A program made the translations under genes and the position numbers. From an uncultured delta proteobacterium (GTDB taxonomy: Bacteria > Myxococcota > Myxococcia > Myxococcales > Myxococcaceae): a stretch of 64,000 nucleotides of DNA. Within the stretch, counting starts at the first letter, position 1. Every line of letters begins with the position of its first letter. Positions 39,005 to 50,963 of this stretch are shown here, piece by piece. The stretch covers positions 224,001 to 288,000 of the forward strand of contig CAWCKH010000001.1 of the NCBI GenBank assembly GCA_963796055.1. Reading direction: 5' to 3'. The notes below the pieces were generated by a model. It was not told the origin of the DNA. It did not search any database and saw only the letters and a program-made list of their open reading frames with translations.

Positions 39005-39730
39005 ATGGCGCGCGTTTTCCTGGCGGGCGCATCCGGCATCATCGGCCAGCGGCTGATCCCGCTGCTGGTGGGGGCCGGGCACGAGGTCACGGGGACGACC
39101 CGGACCCCCGGCAAGGCCGACCTGATCCGGCGGCTCGGCGCGAGGCCGGTGGTGGTGGACGCACTGGACGCCGCGGCGCTGGCCCGCGCCGTCTCCCGAG
39201 ATGCCCCGGAGGTGGTCATCCACCAGCTCACCAGCCTTCCGGACCAGATGGCGCCGCTGGACAAGGAAGACCTCCAGCGCGCCATCCGCGCGAACGCCCG
39301 CATCCGCACCGAGGGCACGCCGAACCTGGTCGCGGCGGCGACGGCGAGCGGGGTGCGCCGGATCGTCGCCCAGAGCATCCTGTGGATCTACGCCCCCGGA
39401 CGCGAGCCGCACGTCGAGTCCGACCCGATCGACGTCGACGCGGCGGGTCTCGCGGCGGTCACGGTGCGGGGTGTGGTGGCGCTCGAGGGGGCGGTGCTCG
39501 GGTCGTCGATGGCGTCGGTCATCCTGCGGTACGGCTACCTCTACGGGCCGGGCAGCGGACACGACGGTCCCTTCAAGGACCCTGCCCTGCACGTGGACGC
39601 GGCGGCGCGGGCGGCGTTCCTCGCGGTGGACCGCGGGTCGGGCGTCTACAACGTGGCGGAGCCGGGCCCCTACGCCTCGTCCGACCGGGCGCACCGCGAG
39701 CTCGGGTGGAACCCCGACTTCCGCCTCTGA
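39005..39730 (+). CDS. NAD-dependent epimerase/dehydratase family protein
   Basis: FLAGASGIIG, VIHQLT, LRYGYLYGPG and YNVA motifs. Confidence 0.88.
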   Translation: MARVFLAGASGIIGQRLIPLLVGAGHEVTGTTRTPGKADLIRRLGARPVVVDALDAAALARAVSRDAPEVVIHQLTSLPDQMAPLDKEDLQRAIRANARIRTEGTPNLVAAATASGVRRIVAQSILWIYAPGREPHVESDPIDVDAAGLAAVTVRGVVALEGAVLGSSMASVILRYGYLYGPGSGHDGPFKDPALHVDAAARAAFLAVDRGSGVYNVAEPGPYASSDRAHRELGWNPDFRL

Positions 39731-39775
39731 CCTGGGCTTGCGACCCCGTCCTGGGCGGGACAGCATCGGCCTCCG

Positions 39776-40966
39776 ATGCCGGATGGAGCGACGGGCGGCG
39801 CGCGCATACTTCCGAAGCTCGCCCTCCTCGTCCTGAGCATGGTTCCGCTGGTGCCCACACTCCGGGCACACGCGGTGGGGGACCTGCCGGTCTACTTCGA
39901 GGCGACGCGCGCCTGGCTGGGGGGCCAGACGCCTTATGCCCAGGTCCGGTTCGAGTATCCGCCCTACGCCCTGCTCGCCTTCGCCCCCGCGGCGCTCGTC
40001 TCCTCGACCGTGCGCGAGTTCCAGGTCGCGTTCGGCCTCGAGCTGCTGCTGGTGGACGTGGCCATCCGGGCCGCCTTGCTCTGGACGGCGCGCGGACGTC
40101 GCGGGGCATGGGCCTATGCGCCTTTCCTCGCCTACGCGGCGGTGGCCCAGCTCCAGGCGTTCTGGCTCTACAAGCGTTTCGACCTCCTTCCCGCCGGGCT
40201 CACGCTGGCGGCGGTCCTTGCGCTGTCGCGCCGCTCGGGCGTTCGCGCCGGAGCGGCGCTGATCGCCGGCATCGGGATGAAGGTCTATCCGGTGGTGCTG
40301 GTGCCGCTCGGGCTGGTGCACAGCGCCCGGAGCGGAGCGCTCCGACGGTTCATCGTGGGGGCCGCCGTCGCCGGAGCGCCACTCGCCGGCCTGGCGCTGG
40401 CATGGCCGTTGTTCAGCGCCGTCGGCTTCCATTCGGCGCGGGGGCTCCAGGTGGAGTCGCTCTGGGCGTCGGTGCTCTGGCTGCTCCGGGACTGGACGGG
40501 GGTCACGTGGGTGCACGCGGCGGCCTCGTACGAGGTGCAAGGAGGACTGGCGCCCGGCGTGCTCCGGGTGGCGGTGGCGGTGTGGGCAATGGGCACGGCC
40601 GCGGCGGTGCTCCTGTCGCTCCGCCCGGTCGACGGCTCCCGGCCGGGCGCGATCGCCGAGCGCGCGCTCCTGCCTCTCCTGGCCCTGGTCAGCCTCGGTC
40701 CGGTGTCCAGCCCGCAGTACGTGCTGTGGATCGCCACCGTGACGGCGCTCCTGGTCGAGCCGGAGCGCTGGCGGCTGACTGTCGCGCCACTTGCCGCCGC
40801 AGTGCTGACCCGCGTCACCTACCCTGCCCCGGGCTACCAGACCGGACTCTCCTCGGCTCTGACGGCGGTGTTGGTGGTCCGGAACACGTTGCTGGTCGCG
40901 GGCTTCGTATGGCTGGCGGTCTGGACGGCGCGCGCTCGTGCCGCGATCCCCGGATTGATTAGGTAG
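39776..40966 (+). CDS. GT87-like (GT-C) membrane glycosyltransferase
   Basis: D..VY, EYPP, RFDL, KVYP, RGLQVES and SPQYVLW motifs in a polytopic protein. Confidence 0.8.
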   Translation: MPDGATGGARILPKLALLVLSMVPLVPTLRAHAVGDLPVYFEATRAWLGGQTPYAQVRFEYPPYALLAFAPAALVSSTVREFQVAFGLELLLVDVAIRAALLWTARGRRGAWAYAPFLAYAAVAQLQAFWLYKRFDLLPAGLTLAAVLALSRRSGVRAGAALIAGIGMKVYPVVLVPLGLVHSARSGALRRFIVGAAVAGAPLAGLALAWPLFSAVGFHSARGLQVESLWASVLWLLRDWTGVTWVHAAASYEVQGGLAPGVLRVAVAVWAMGTAAAVLLSLRPVDGSRPGAIAERALLPLLALVSLGPVSSPQYVLWIATVTALLVEPERWRLTVAPLAAAVLTRVTYPAPGYQTGLSSALTAVLVVRNTLLVAGFVWLAVWTARARAAIPGLIR

Positions 40967-40985
40967 GCTCGCCCGCTTCTGGCGT

Positions 40986-42326
40986 TCACTCCGCTGGTGG
41001 GCGTGAGTCGCTGCGCTCGAACACAGCGAGCGTCTCGGAGTGGTGGGTCCCCGGGAACATGTCCACCAGCTGGAGCGCCCGGAGCTGGAATCCCCCGGCG
41101 GTGAGCGCGGCGGCGTCCCGGGCGAGCGCGCCGGCGTCACAGGCCACGTAGACCAGCCGCCGGACTCCGAGAGCCGGGGCCAGCGGTCCGAGCCCTGGCG
41201 CTCCGGTCCGCGGTGGGTCGGCGAGCAGCAGGTCGAAGCGGCGTCCTTCCTTCACCAGGCCACGAGCCACCTTCACCGCCTCGCCCTGCACGAAGCGCAC
41301 GTTGCCGACCTGGGCCTGGGTCGGTGCGGCCGCGGCCAGACGCACCGAGAGCGCCGAGGCCTCGACCGCGAGCACCGACGCCACCCTGGCCGCCAGCGCG
41401 AAGGTGAAGGTTCCGTTGCCGGCGTACAGCTCGAGAGCGGCGTCCTGCTTCCCCGGCGCAAGCAGCGCCAGGGCGCTCTCCACCAGCAGCGGGGTCGCCT
41501 CGGCGTGCGCCTGGGAGAAGGCCTCGGGCCGCAGCAGCAGCGGTACCTCCGGGCGCAGAGGAGCGGTGGTCCGTAAAATCGGTCGTCCCAAGTCCTCGCT
41601 CGCCCCACGCTCGGGGACCAGCACCACCCCGCGCACCCCGGCACGGACCACCGCCAGCGCCACCTCGCGGGCGCGCGGCTTGATGGCCCCCTCGAGCTCG
41701 AGGGCCACCGAGACTCGGGTGCCCTCGGCGAGCAGCCGGACGGAGCGCAGCCCCCGTCCGAGCGGCCGCAGCAGTGGGGCAAGCCGTCCGGGAAGCGGCG
41801 CCAGCGGTCCGACCAGGGCCGGGCAGTGTTCGACGGCCACCGGGGCATGGCTCCGCCGCTGGAGATAGCCCAGGTGGGTGCCGGTCCAGTGGAGGTCTGC
41901 CCGCCGGCGCGTGCCGAGGTCTCCCGCCGACAGGGTGGGCAGCCACGCGATGTGGGTGAGGTCGAGACCTCCGAGCCGCTCGAGCGCGGCCCGGACCGCC
42001 CGCGCGCGCTCCTGCCGCTGGCTGTCGGGGGAGAGGTGGAGCCAGTCACAGCCGCCGCACACCTCGGCGAGCGGGCACCCGGGCGTGATGCGCGTGTCGG
42101 CGGGCCGGAGAACCTCCAGCAGCCGCCCCCGCTGGACCTTCCCCTCGACCGCGGGGACGACACGGACGCGCTCGCCAGGGAGAGCGCCGGGGACGAAGAG
42201 TGCCCGGCCCTTCCAGGCCGCCACGCCCTCCCCGTCCGCCGAGAGGCGATCCACCTCCACCTCGACCGGCGGCTCCTCCGGCCTCGGCCGCGTGGCGGGC
42301 CGGGCGGGCGGCACACGTCGACTCAC
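40986..42326 (-). CDS. RlmD/TrmA-family RNA (uracil-C5) methyltransferase with TRAM domain
   Basis: GALPGE, CPLAEVCGGC..CP Fe-S cysteines, FSQ, DPPRTG, YVACD and DMFPGTHHSE. Confidence 0.9.
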   Translation of the reverse strand: MSRRVPPARPATRPRPEEPPVEVEVDRLSADGEGVAAWKGRALFVPGALPGERVRVVPAVEGKVQRGRLLEVLRPADTRITPGCPLAEVCGGCDWLHLSPDSQRQERARAVRAALERLGGLDLTHIAWLPTLSAGDLGTRRRADLHWTGTHLGYLQRRSHAPVAVEHCPALVGPLAPLPGRLAPLLRPLGRGLRSVRLLAEGTRVSVALELEGAIKPRAREVALAVVRAGVRGVVLVPERGASEDLGRPILRTTAPLRPEVPLLLRPEAFSQAHAEATPLLVESALALLAPGKQDAALELYAGNGTFTFALAARVASVLAVEASALSVRLAAAAPTQAQVGNVRFVQGEAVKVARGLVKEGRRFDLLLADPPRTGAPGLGPLAPALGVRRLVYVACDAGALARDAAALTAGGFQLRALQLVDMFPGTHHSETLAVFERSDSRPPAE

Positions 42327-42345
42327 CGCGGCCCTCCGGGGCGCG

Positions 42346-42750
42346 TCAGCTGGGCTGCTTGTCGCCCTGGACAGGTCCAGGCAATCGGCCGGTGTCGGGG
42401 AGCTCGCGCCGCAGCTGCTCGACGAAGCGCGCGATGCGGTCCTTCAGCTCGTCGGTGACATCCACGAACTCGACCCCCATTCCCGGCACCTGGTTGGTGG
42501 GGTTGTCGAACTCGTGGACCCGGGTCACCCGTCCGCGCACCTCGAACGGCACCGCGGCGTCGGGCAGTTGCAAGATGATGCGGACCGTGGTGCCCACCGG
42601 GAGCGGGTTGCGAGAGTTGATGAACATCCCGCCCCGCGACAGGTTCGTGGCCCAGTCGGTGATGAAGCCGTCGACGGTGCGGTAGGCCACCGGCAGCTCG
42701 TGCTCGAGCCGGTCGGCCTTCCGTCCACTCTTGGGGTTCTCGCTGGACAT
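42346..42750 (-). CDS. PilZ-domain protein, TIGR02266-like
   Basis: RKADR and NLSRGGMFI PilZ motifs; PGMGVEF. Confidence 0.9.
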   Translation of the reverse strand: MSSENPKSGRKADRLEHELPVAYRTVDGFITDWATNLSRGGMFINSRNPLPVGTTVRIILQLPDAAVPFEVRGRVTRVHEFDNPTNQVPGMGVEFVDVTDELKDRIARFVEQLRRELPDTGRLPGPVQGDKQPS

Positions 42751-42801
42751 CCCGGACGCCCTTCCGTCCAGGGAATCGTACCAGACCAGCGACCGGTCCC
42801 T

Positions 42802-43458
42802 CTAGACGCGCATCTCGCAGAGGTCGGGGGAGATGCGCAGCCGGGGCTCGGTGACCTTCTGGACCTGCTCCGGGGTGACCCCCGGGGCCACCTCGCGGAG
42901 GAGGAGCCCCTCGGGGAGCACATCGATGTAGGCAAGATCGGTGACGATGTGATGGACGCACTTCCGGCCGGTGAGAGGCAGCGAGCAGCGCTCGAGGATC
43001 TTCGGCTTCCCCTCCTTGGTGGCGTGCTCCATGGCCACGAAGACGCGCTTGGCGCCCATGGCCAGGTCCATCGCCCCGCCCATGCCCTTGACCATCTTCC
43101 CGGGGATCATCCAGTTGGCCAGGTCCCCCTGCGCCGAGACCTCCATCGCCCCGAGCACCGCGAAGTCGATGTGGCCGCCACGGATCATCCCGAAGGACAT
43201 CGCCGAGTCGAAGAACGAGGCGCCCTTCACCGCGGTGACGGTCTCCTTGCCGGCGTTGATCAGGTCCGGGTCCTCCTGTCCCTCCAGCGGCCAGGGGCCG
43301 ATGCCCAGCATCCCGTTCTCCGAGTGCAGGAGGATGTCCATCCCCTGGGGGAGGTAGTTGGCGACCAGGGTGGGAAGACCGATGCCGAGATTGACGTAGT
43401 ACCCGTCGCGCAGCTCGAGCGCGATGCGGTGGGCGACCTGTTCGCGGGTGAGGGTCAT
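42802..43458 (-). CDS. scoB: 3-oxoacid CoA-transferase subunit B
   Basis: [19 protein letters not shown] and GMGGAMDL motifs. Confidence 0.93.
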   Translation of the reverse strand: MTLTREQVAHRIALELRDGYYVNLGIGLPTLVANYLPQGMDILLHSENGMLGIGPWPLEGQEDPDLINAGKETVTAVKGASFFDSAMSFGMIRGGHIDFAVLGAMEVSAQGDLANWMIPGKMVKGMGGAMDLAMGAKRVFVAMEHATKEGKPKILERCSLPLTGRKCVHHIVTDLAYIDVLPEGLLLREVAPGVTPEQVQKVTEPRLRISPDLCEMRV

Positions 43459-43475
43459 GGCCGGTGTGGTCTCCG

Positions 43476-44174
43476 TCAGGCGCGCTTGCGCACCGTGCGC
43501 TTCTCGATCCACTTCTCGTAGTGCCGACCCTTCAGCACCCGGTGGACGAAGATGCTGGGGGTGTGGATCTGGTCCGGGTCGATCTCGCCCACCTCCACCA
43601 GGTGCTCGCACTCGACGATGGTGGTCCTCGCCGCCATCGCCATCAGCGGAGAGAAGTTCCGGGCGGTCTCCCGGAACACGCAGTTCCCCCAGCGGTCTGC
43701 CTTCCAGGCGCGGATGATGGCGTAGTCGGCCCGGAGCGGCTTCTCGAAGACGTACTCCTTGCCGTCGATGACCCGGGTCTCCTTCCCCTCGGCGATCTGG
43801 GTGCCGACGCCGGTGGGGGTGAAGAAGCCGCCGAGTCCGCAGCCGCCGGCGCGGATCCGCTCGGCCAGCGTGCCCTGGGGGTTGAGCTCCACCTCCAGCT
43901 CTCCGGAGAGGAACTGGCGCTCGAACTCCTTGTTCTCCCCCACGTAGGAGGCGACCATCTTTCGGACCTGGTGGGCCTTGAGGAGCACCCCCAGCCCGAG
44001 GTCGGTGGTGCCGCAGTTGTTGGAGATGAGCGTGAGGTTCTTCACGCCCTTCTTCGCCAGGGCGGTGATGAGGTTTTCCGGGTTCCCCGACAGGCCGAAC
44101 CCGCCGGACATCACCACCGCGCCGTCGGGGATGTCCGCGACGGCGGCGTCGGCACTGGCCACCACCTTGTTCAT
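43476..44174 (-). CDS. scoA: 3-oxoacid CoA-transferase subunit A
   Basis: [26 protein letters not shown] and ARNF motifs. Confidence 0.93.
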   Translation of the reverse strand: MNKVVASADAAVADIPDGAVVMSGGFGLSGNPENLITALAKKGVKNLTLISNNCGTTDLGLGVLLKAHQVRKMVASYVGENKEFERQFLSGELEVELNPQGTLAERIRAGGCGLGGFFTPTGVGTQIAEGKETRVIDGKEYVFEKPLRADYAIIRAWKADRWGNCVFRETARNFSPLMAMAARTTIVECEHLVEVGEIDPDQIHTPSIFVHRVLKGRHYEKWIEKRTVRKRA

Positions 44175-44188
44175 GCGTGTCTCCTGGA

Positions 44189-45373
<1,185 letters not shown>

Positions 45374-45460
45374 TCACTCCGGCTTGAGGCAACAGATGAC
45401 TGGATTGTCACGCGGAGGCCTCCGGGTCAATCGGTTGTCTGGCCGGGCAGGCCTGTTACC

Positions 45461-46114
45461 TCAGGGACGGCTGGCGAACTGTCGGCCGTCGAAGTCGAGA
45501 ATCGTCGATCGGCCCCCGTCCAGCACCAGGAGACGAAGCCCGGCTGCTTCCTCCCTGAACTCCACCTGCTCGGCGACAATCGCGCCGGGCCGACCCTCCC
45601 GGCTTTCCAGTCCGGACCAGAGGTTGGAGCCATCAGTGACCAGGACCATCCAGCCGAACCGCGGGGGTGGCCCGAGGCCGAGGAGGACAATCTCCAGCCG
45701 GCCGTCGTTCCAGAACACGTGCCGGATGACCTGGGTCCCGAGCTGGGACGAGCCCCAGACGCCCACGACGCAGCGCCCCGACTCGGCCACCCGGAGCGTC
45801 CAGAGCTTCCGGGCCTCGGGGACGGCCGGGGCGACCCAGTCGAGGTGGACTCCCGAGACGGTGGACGCCCAGACGAGTCGGACTGGACCGACCCCGAGAT
45901 CTGTCGGCTGCTGGAGCGCCGCCCCCCGTCCGGGCTCGACCGGGTCGCCGATGGTTCCGGCCGGCGGCGGCGGCTTGAGATCCGAGCAGTCCAGGGGCCG
46001 ACGGCTGGCCGTGGAGTCGCTCGAGGGAAACCAGGCGCTGTGCTTGAGCGCAACGGACGGAGCGCAGGCCGGGAGCGCCGTCCAGAGCACCGCTGCACCG
46101 ACCCACCGCCGCAT
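45461..46114 (-). CDS. Hypothetical lipoprotein
   Basis: MRRWVGAAVLWTALPAC lipobox-like signal; no recognisable domain. Confidence 0.55.
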   Translation of the reverse strand: MRRWVGAAVLWTALPACAPSVALKHSAWFPSSDSTASRRPLDCSDLKPPPPAGTIGDPVEPGRGAALQQPTDLGVGPVRLVWASTVSGVHLDWVAPAVPEARKLWTLRVAESGRCVVGVWGSSQLGTQVIRHVFWNDGRLEIVLLGLGPPPRFGWMVLVTDGSNLWSGLESREGRPGAIVAEQVEFREEAAGLRLLVLDGGRSTILDFDGRQFASRP

Positions 46115-46293
46115 CGGTCGAACGCTACCTCGGTGCGGGGATCCGGTGAGGGGTCGGTTCCGGCAGCACGGCTGGCCTGGAGGGGAGTCGAATCCCACCG
46201 CGGCGCGGGGCGCCCTGCCCGCCTGACCGGCATGCGCGACCTCGGCTGCTCCGGGGTGACGCAGTGGGGGCCGCTGCCGGCGTGGCCGTCGGC

Positions 46294-46621
46294 GGTTTCC
46301 TGAGCTGCGTAGGGGAAACCTTTGGGGACGGTCCGGGCCGAGGGGGGTGCGCGCGCCGCTGATTTCGCATTCCCTACGGTTTCCCAAGGCGCGAGCGCGA
46401 AACCGGTGCGACCATCGTCGATCAGCGCGCGTCTCGCCGGCCGGGCTGAGACTGGATGGCCCCCCCGGGCATCTTCACTTGGCGTCTTACCTCCCGCGGG
46501 CCGCGCGAGGATGTTTCCCAAGCGCAGTTTGCGGAACAGAATGGAACGCCAGACAGAGGGCGCGCACACCCCCCTGGCCCGGACCGTCCCAAAATGATCC
46601 CCCCGCGCGACCTGGGAAACC
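46294..46621. repeat. Large imperfect inverted repeat: two ~111-bp units (46294-46404, 46512-46621), each with two 27-bp dyad boxes
   Basis: Core TTTGGGGACGGTCCGGGCCGAGGGGGGTGCGCGCGCC (46321-46357) matches the reverse complement of 46559-46593 with two 1-nt gaps and one substitution; GTTTCC...GGAAAC-type boxes flank each core. Confidence 0.85.
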
Positions 46622-46886
46622 GGTCCGCCGCGGACGCCGGGCCCGGGCGCACTGACGGTGAAGGCCGCCGCCGGGGCCGGCCAGGCCCGAGCTCCTTGGG
46701 GCAAACGCTCTCGAGGATCGCCGGAGCGCCGCGGAATCGCGCAGGCCCTCCGTCGGGGCACGGCCGTGACGACCCACGCCTTGTCGTTCCCCAGGAGCAC
46801 CGTGCGACGGCGGCGTGGTGGACCCCGAGCGATCGTGTCGGCATCGCCGGTCCAGCGCCCGGCCCATGGCCGCAAGGGCGGCTCAG

Positions 46887-46947
46887 CCTATCGCCGCAGC
46901 TTCGACGCCATCACGTCGCCGAGGCGCGTCTTCGACCCCTCGGCCTG
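46887..46947 (-). repeat. Displaced copy of the rpsA 3' end (direct repeat of 48268-48328)
   Basis: 59/61 nt identical; encodes QAEGSKTRLGDVMASKLRR* versus QAEGSKARLGDVMASKLRR*. Confidence 0.95.
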
Positions 46948-48177
46948 TTGGCCGCGAGGAACGAGACTCCGAGGGCGAGCGGCCACGGGATGCGCATCGA
47001 TCAACACCTGTAGAGGAGCTGAAGAAGCGCAACCACCAGCAGGAACGCGATCCAGATCTGGACCGATCCGAGTCCCTGGTTGCCCTCCCGATGCAGTCGA
47101 TGGGCGACCCTGGACTGCAGCTCGCTCGGTGGGGAAGCCGAACTGACCAAGCATCGTGGCGATGTTGGCAAAGCTGCCGCCCTCCTCCCAGGGCCACGCC
47201 GCTTCGGCGACCACCCGCAGGACCTGCCTCTGGCGCTCGCTCATCCGCGTCGGCGGAAGCGCTGGCGGCTGGCCGAATCCGCACGCCAGGAGCTCGAACC
47301 CCAGTTCCGAAGACATCCAGGATTCTCTCTCCGCACGCTGCAGGAGCATGGGGAGCAGTCGGTCGATCGCGGGCGCTCCCGCACCCCGGGCCGCGCGGGC
47401 GACGAGCGCCCGCGAGTCGTCCAGGAAGTTGTTCAGGAGGGGCAGCTCCCCTGCCATCGTCAGGACTGGCGAATCAGCTTCGAGTCCCGCCGCGACCGCC
47501 TCGATGGCCGCCCCGGTGGTCTGCTCCCGATGGGCGAGGAGCTGGACCAGTGCTTCGGTCCAGTGGACGAGTGGGGAGTCGTCCGTCGCTGGCGGTGCTC
47601 CCGGCAAATCCGGGGCCCCCAGCAGAAAGGCGAGGTACCGGGAGGAGGCGCGCACCAGCGGATCGGGGTCGTCGCGGGCGAGCGAGCGCAGTTCGGGAGC
47701 CGCCTCCGCCCCCCCTTTCAGGACGGTGCTCAGGACCACCTGAGCGCGCAATCGGATCCTCACGTCGAGTGCACCGTCCTGGACCAGGGTCCGAAATAGG
47801 GGGACGCCCCTCGCCAGCTCCTCGTCGATGTGAGCGAAGACCCTGTGCTCGTGCGCGTCTTTCCTCCGGATGAGATCGGGATCCTTCCGGCCCCAGGTGA
47901 CCGACTGCGCCATCACGCAGAGCAGGTCGACCATCTCCTCCCGCTCCGGCGTGGTCGGATCGGCGAGCAGCTCGAGGAGGAAAGGGATGGTGTACGGAGT
48001 GGCCTCGTAGACGAAACCCTGGTGGAGGATCGCCGCGTGGAAGAAGCGGTACGCTTCACTGCGAACCGCCGCGTCGGAGGAGGCGAGGCCGCGGATGTGG
48101 GTCGGGGTTTCGCCCGTTGAACCGTAGGCGTGGCGCCGGAAGGACCAGTTGATGGTCCGCAGCCCTTCGAGGGTCAA
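46888..48177 (-). CDS. HEAT-repeat-like protein (W..HAYG / HQG.VY.AT family); 3' end uncertain
   Basis: INWSFRRHAYG...LHQGFVYEAT..IPFLLELL and DPDPLVRA helical repeats; GGGAGG RBS before TTG; may really end at 47001 via a frameshift. Confidence 0.7.
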   Translation of the reverse strand: MTLEGLRTINWSFRRHAYGSTGETPTHIRGLASSDAAVRSEAYRFFHAAILHQGFVYEATPYTIPFLLELLADPTTPEREEMVDLLCVMAQSVTWGRKDPDLIRRKDAHEHRVFAHIDEELARGVPLFRTLVQDGALDVRIRLRAQVVLSTVLKGGAEAAPELRSLARDDPDPLVRASSRYLAFLLGAPDLPGAPPATDDSPLVHWTEALVQLLAHREQTTGAAIEAVAAGLEADSPVLTMAGELPLLNNFLDDSRALVARAARGAGAPAIDRLLPMLLQRAERESWMSSELGFELLACGFGQPPALPPTRMSERQRQVLRVVAEAAWPWEEGGSFANIATMLGQFGFPTERAAVQGRPSTASGGQPGTRIGPDLDRVPAGGCASSAPLQVLIDAHPVAARPRSLVPRGQQAEGSKTRLGDVMASKLRR

Positions 48178-48206
48178 GGGACCTCCCCCGCGAGCGCTTG
48201 GCCCGC

Positions 48207-48247
48207 AAACGACGAGGCCGGACCTCCCCGAACGAGGAAGCCCGGCC
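48207..48247 (-). terminator. Probable intrinsic terminator of rpsA
   Basis: GGCCGGGCTTCCTC-GTTC-GGGGAGGTCCGGCC 14-bp stem (with G-U pairs) followed by TCGTCGTTT, ~20 nt after the stop. Confidence 0.7.
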
Positions 48248-48268
48248 CGAGGTGGCGACCAGTCCGCC

Positions 48269-49984
<1,716 letters not shown>

Positions 49985-50148
49985 AGAGTTGGAAAGTCCT
50001 ATCGGTGCTTCACTGCAACCCCAGGGTTGTGGGATGTCCGGCCCCCGGAAAGCGGAGACGGACGGCGACGAAACCCTCATGTGGGGTGTGACACGGGGGC
50101 GCCGCTGCTCGGGGAGCCAGCCAACCTAAGCCAGCGCGAGGCGCGGGC

Positions 50149-50178
50149 AACCTAAGGGGATGTCGGAGGAGAGGTCAA
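50149..50178 (-). promoter_or_regulatory. Possible sigma70-type promoter of rpsA
   Basis: Minus strand TTGACC-N18-TAGGTT. Confidence 0.4.
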
Positions 50179-50224
50179 GTGCGCTCGCCCGGCTCCTTGC
50201 TCTCCGGAAAGGACCCTGCCAGCG

Positions 50225-50932
50225 ATGACCGCTCCATTCGACGCCGTTGCTTACGTCCACGAGCCGCACGAGGGGCTCGCCCGCCTCCGGGAACCCCTGG
50301 AACGCGCCGGATTCCGGCCGGTGGAGCGCTTGCGGGCCCCCGCCCCGGCGGCGGACGTCCGCGTGCCGCTCCTGGTGGTCCTCGGCGGTCCGATGGGGGT
50401 GTACGACGCCGACCGGTTCCCCTTCCTGAGCACCGAGATCGAGGTGCTCCGGGGCCGGCTCGCCGCGAACCGCCCGACCATCGCCCTCTGCCTGGGCTCC
50501 CAGATGCTGGCGGCGGCCGCGGGGGCACGGGTCTACCCGGGCAGCCGGGGGAAGAGCATCGGCGTCGCCCAGGTCCGCCCGGTGCCCGGGGACGACCCGC
50601 TCGTCCGGGCGGTGCCGGGCCCCTTCGACGTGGTCCACTGGCACGGGGACACCTTCGACCCCATCCCGGGCGTGGCCCTTTTCCACGGGGAGACGTACCC
50701 CGCCCAGGGGTTCCGGGTGGGCCGCTCGGTGGGGCTCCAGTTCCACGCCGAGCTTGGCCCCGAAGGGTTCCAGGACTGGATCCAGGGGTCCGCGGACGAG
50801 CTCCGGCGAAGCGGACGGGACCCGGAAGCCCTCCTGGCCTCCGGCCTCCCCCGCCTCACCGCTGGTCTTCCAGTGTTGGACCGGCTGCTCGAGGCGCTGG
50901 CCCGGGACGCCCGGGCGGGGGTGGAGCCCTGA
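50225..50932 (+). CDS. Type 1 glutamine amidotransferase domain protein
   Basis: LGGPMGVYD, ALCLGSQ, HWHGDTF and QFHAE motifs. Confidence 0.9.
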   Translation: MTAPFDAVAYVHEPHEGLARLREPLERAGFRPVERLRAPAPAADVRVPLLVVLGGPMGVYDADRFPFLSTEIEVLRGRLAANRPTIALCLGSQMLAAAAGARVYPGSRGKSIGVAQVRPVPGDDPLVRAVPGPFDVVHWHGDTFDPIPGVALFHGETYPAQGFRVGRSVGLQFHAELGPEGFQDWIQGSADELRRSGRDPEALLASGLPRLTAGLPVLDRLLEALARDARAGVEP

Positions 50933-50963
50933 AATGGGGGTCCCGGGAGCCCGTATGGGGGGG

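Noticed and set aside
46179..46205. tRNA T-arm-like sequence GGGGAGTCGAATCCCACC
   Set aside because: It lacks a canonical GTTCRA loop, and I could build no cloverleaf or CCA end on either strand.
46294..46621. CRISPR array or integron attC interpretation of the boxed repeats
   Set aside because: The units are inverted rather than tandem direct repeats, the inter-box sequence is conserved rather than unique, there are no RYYYAAC/GTTRRRY ends, and no cas or intI gene is in the window.
46622..46886. Possible gene fragment (e.g. TVLLGNDKAWVVTAVP on the minus strand)
   Set aside because: No consistent frame, start or recognisable family.
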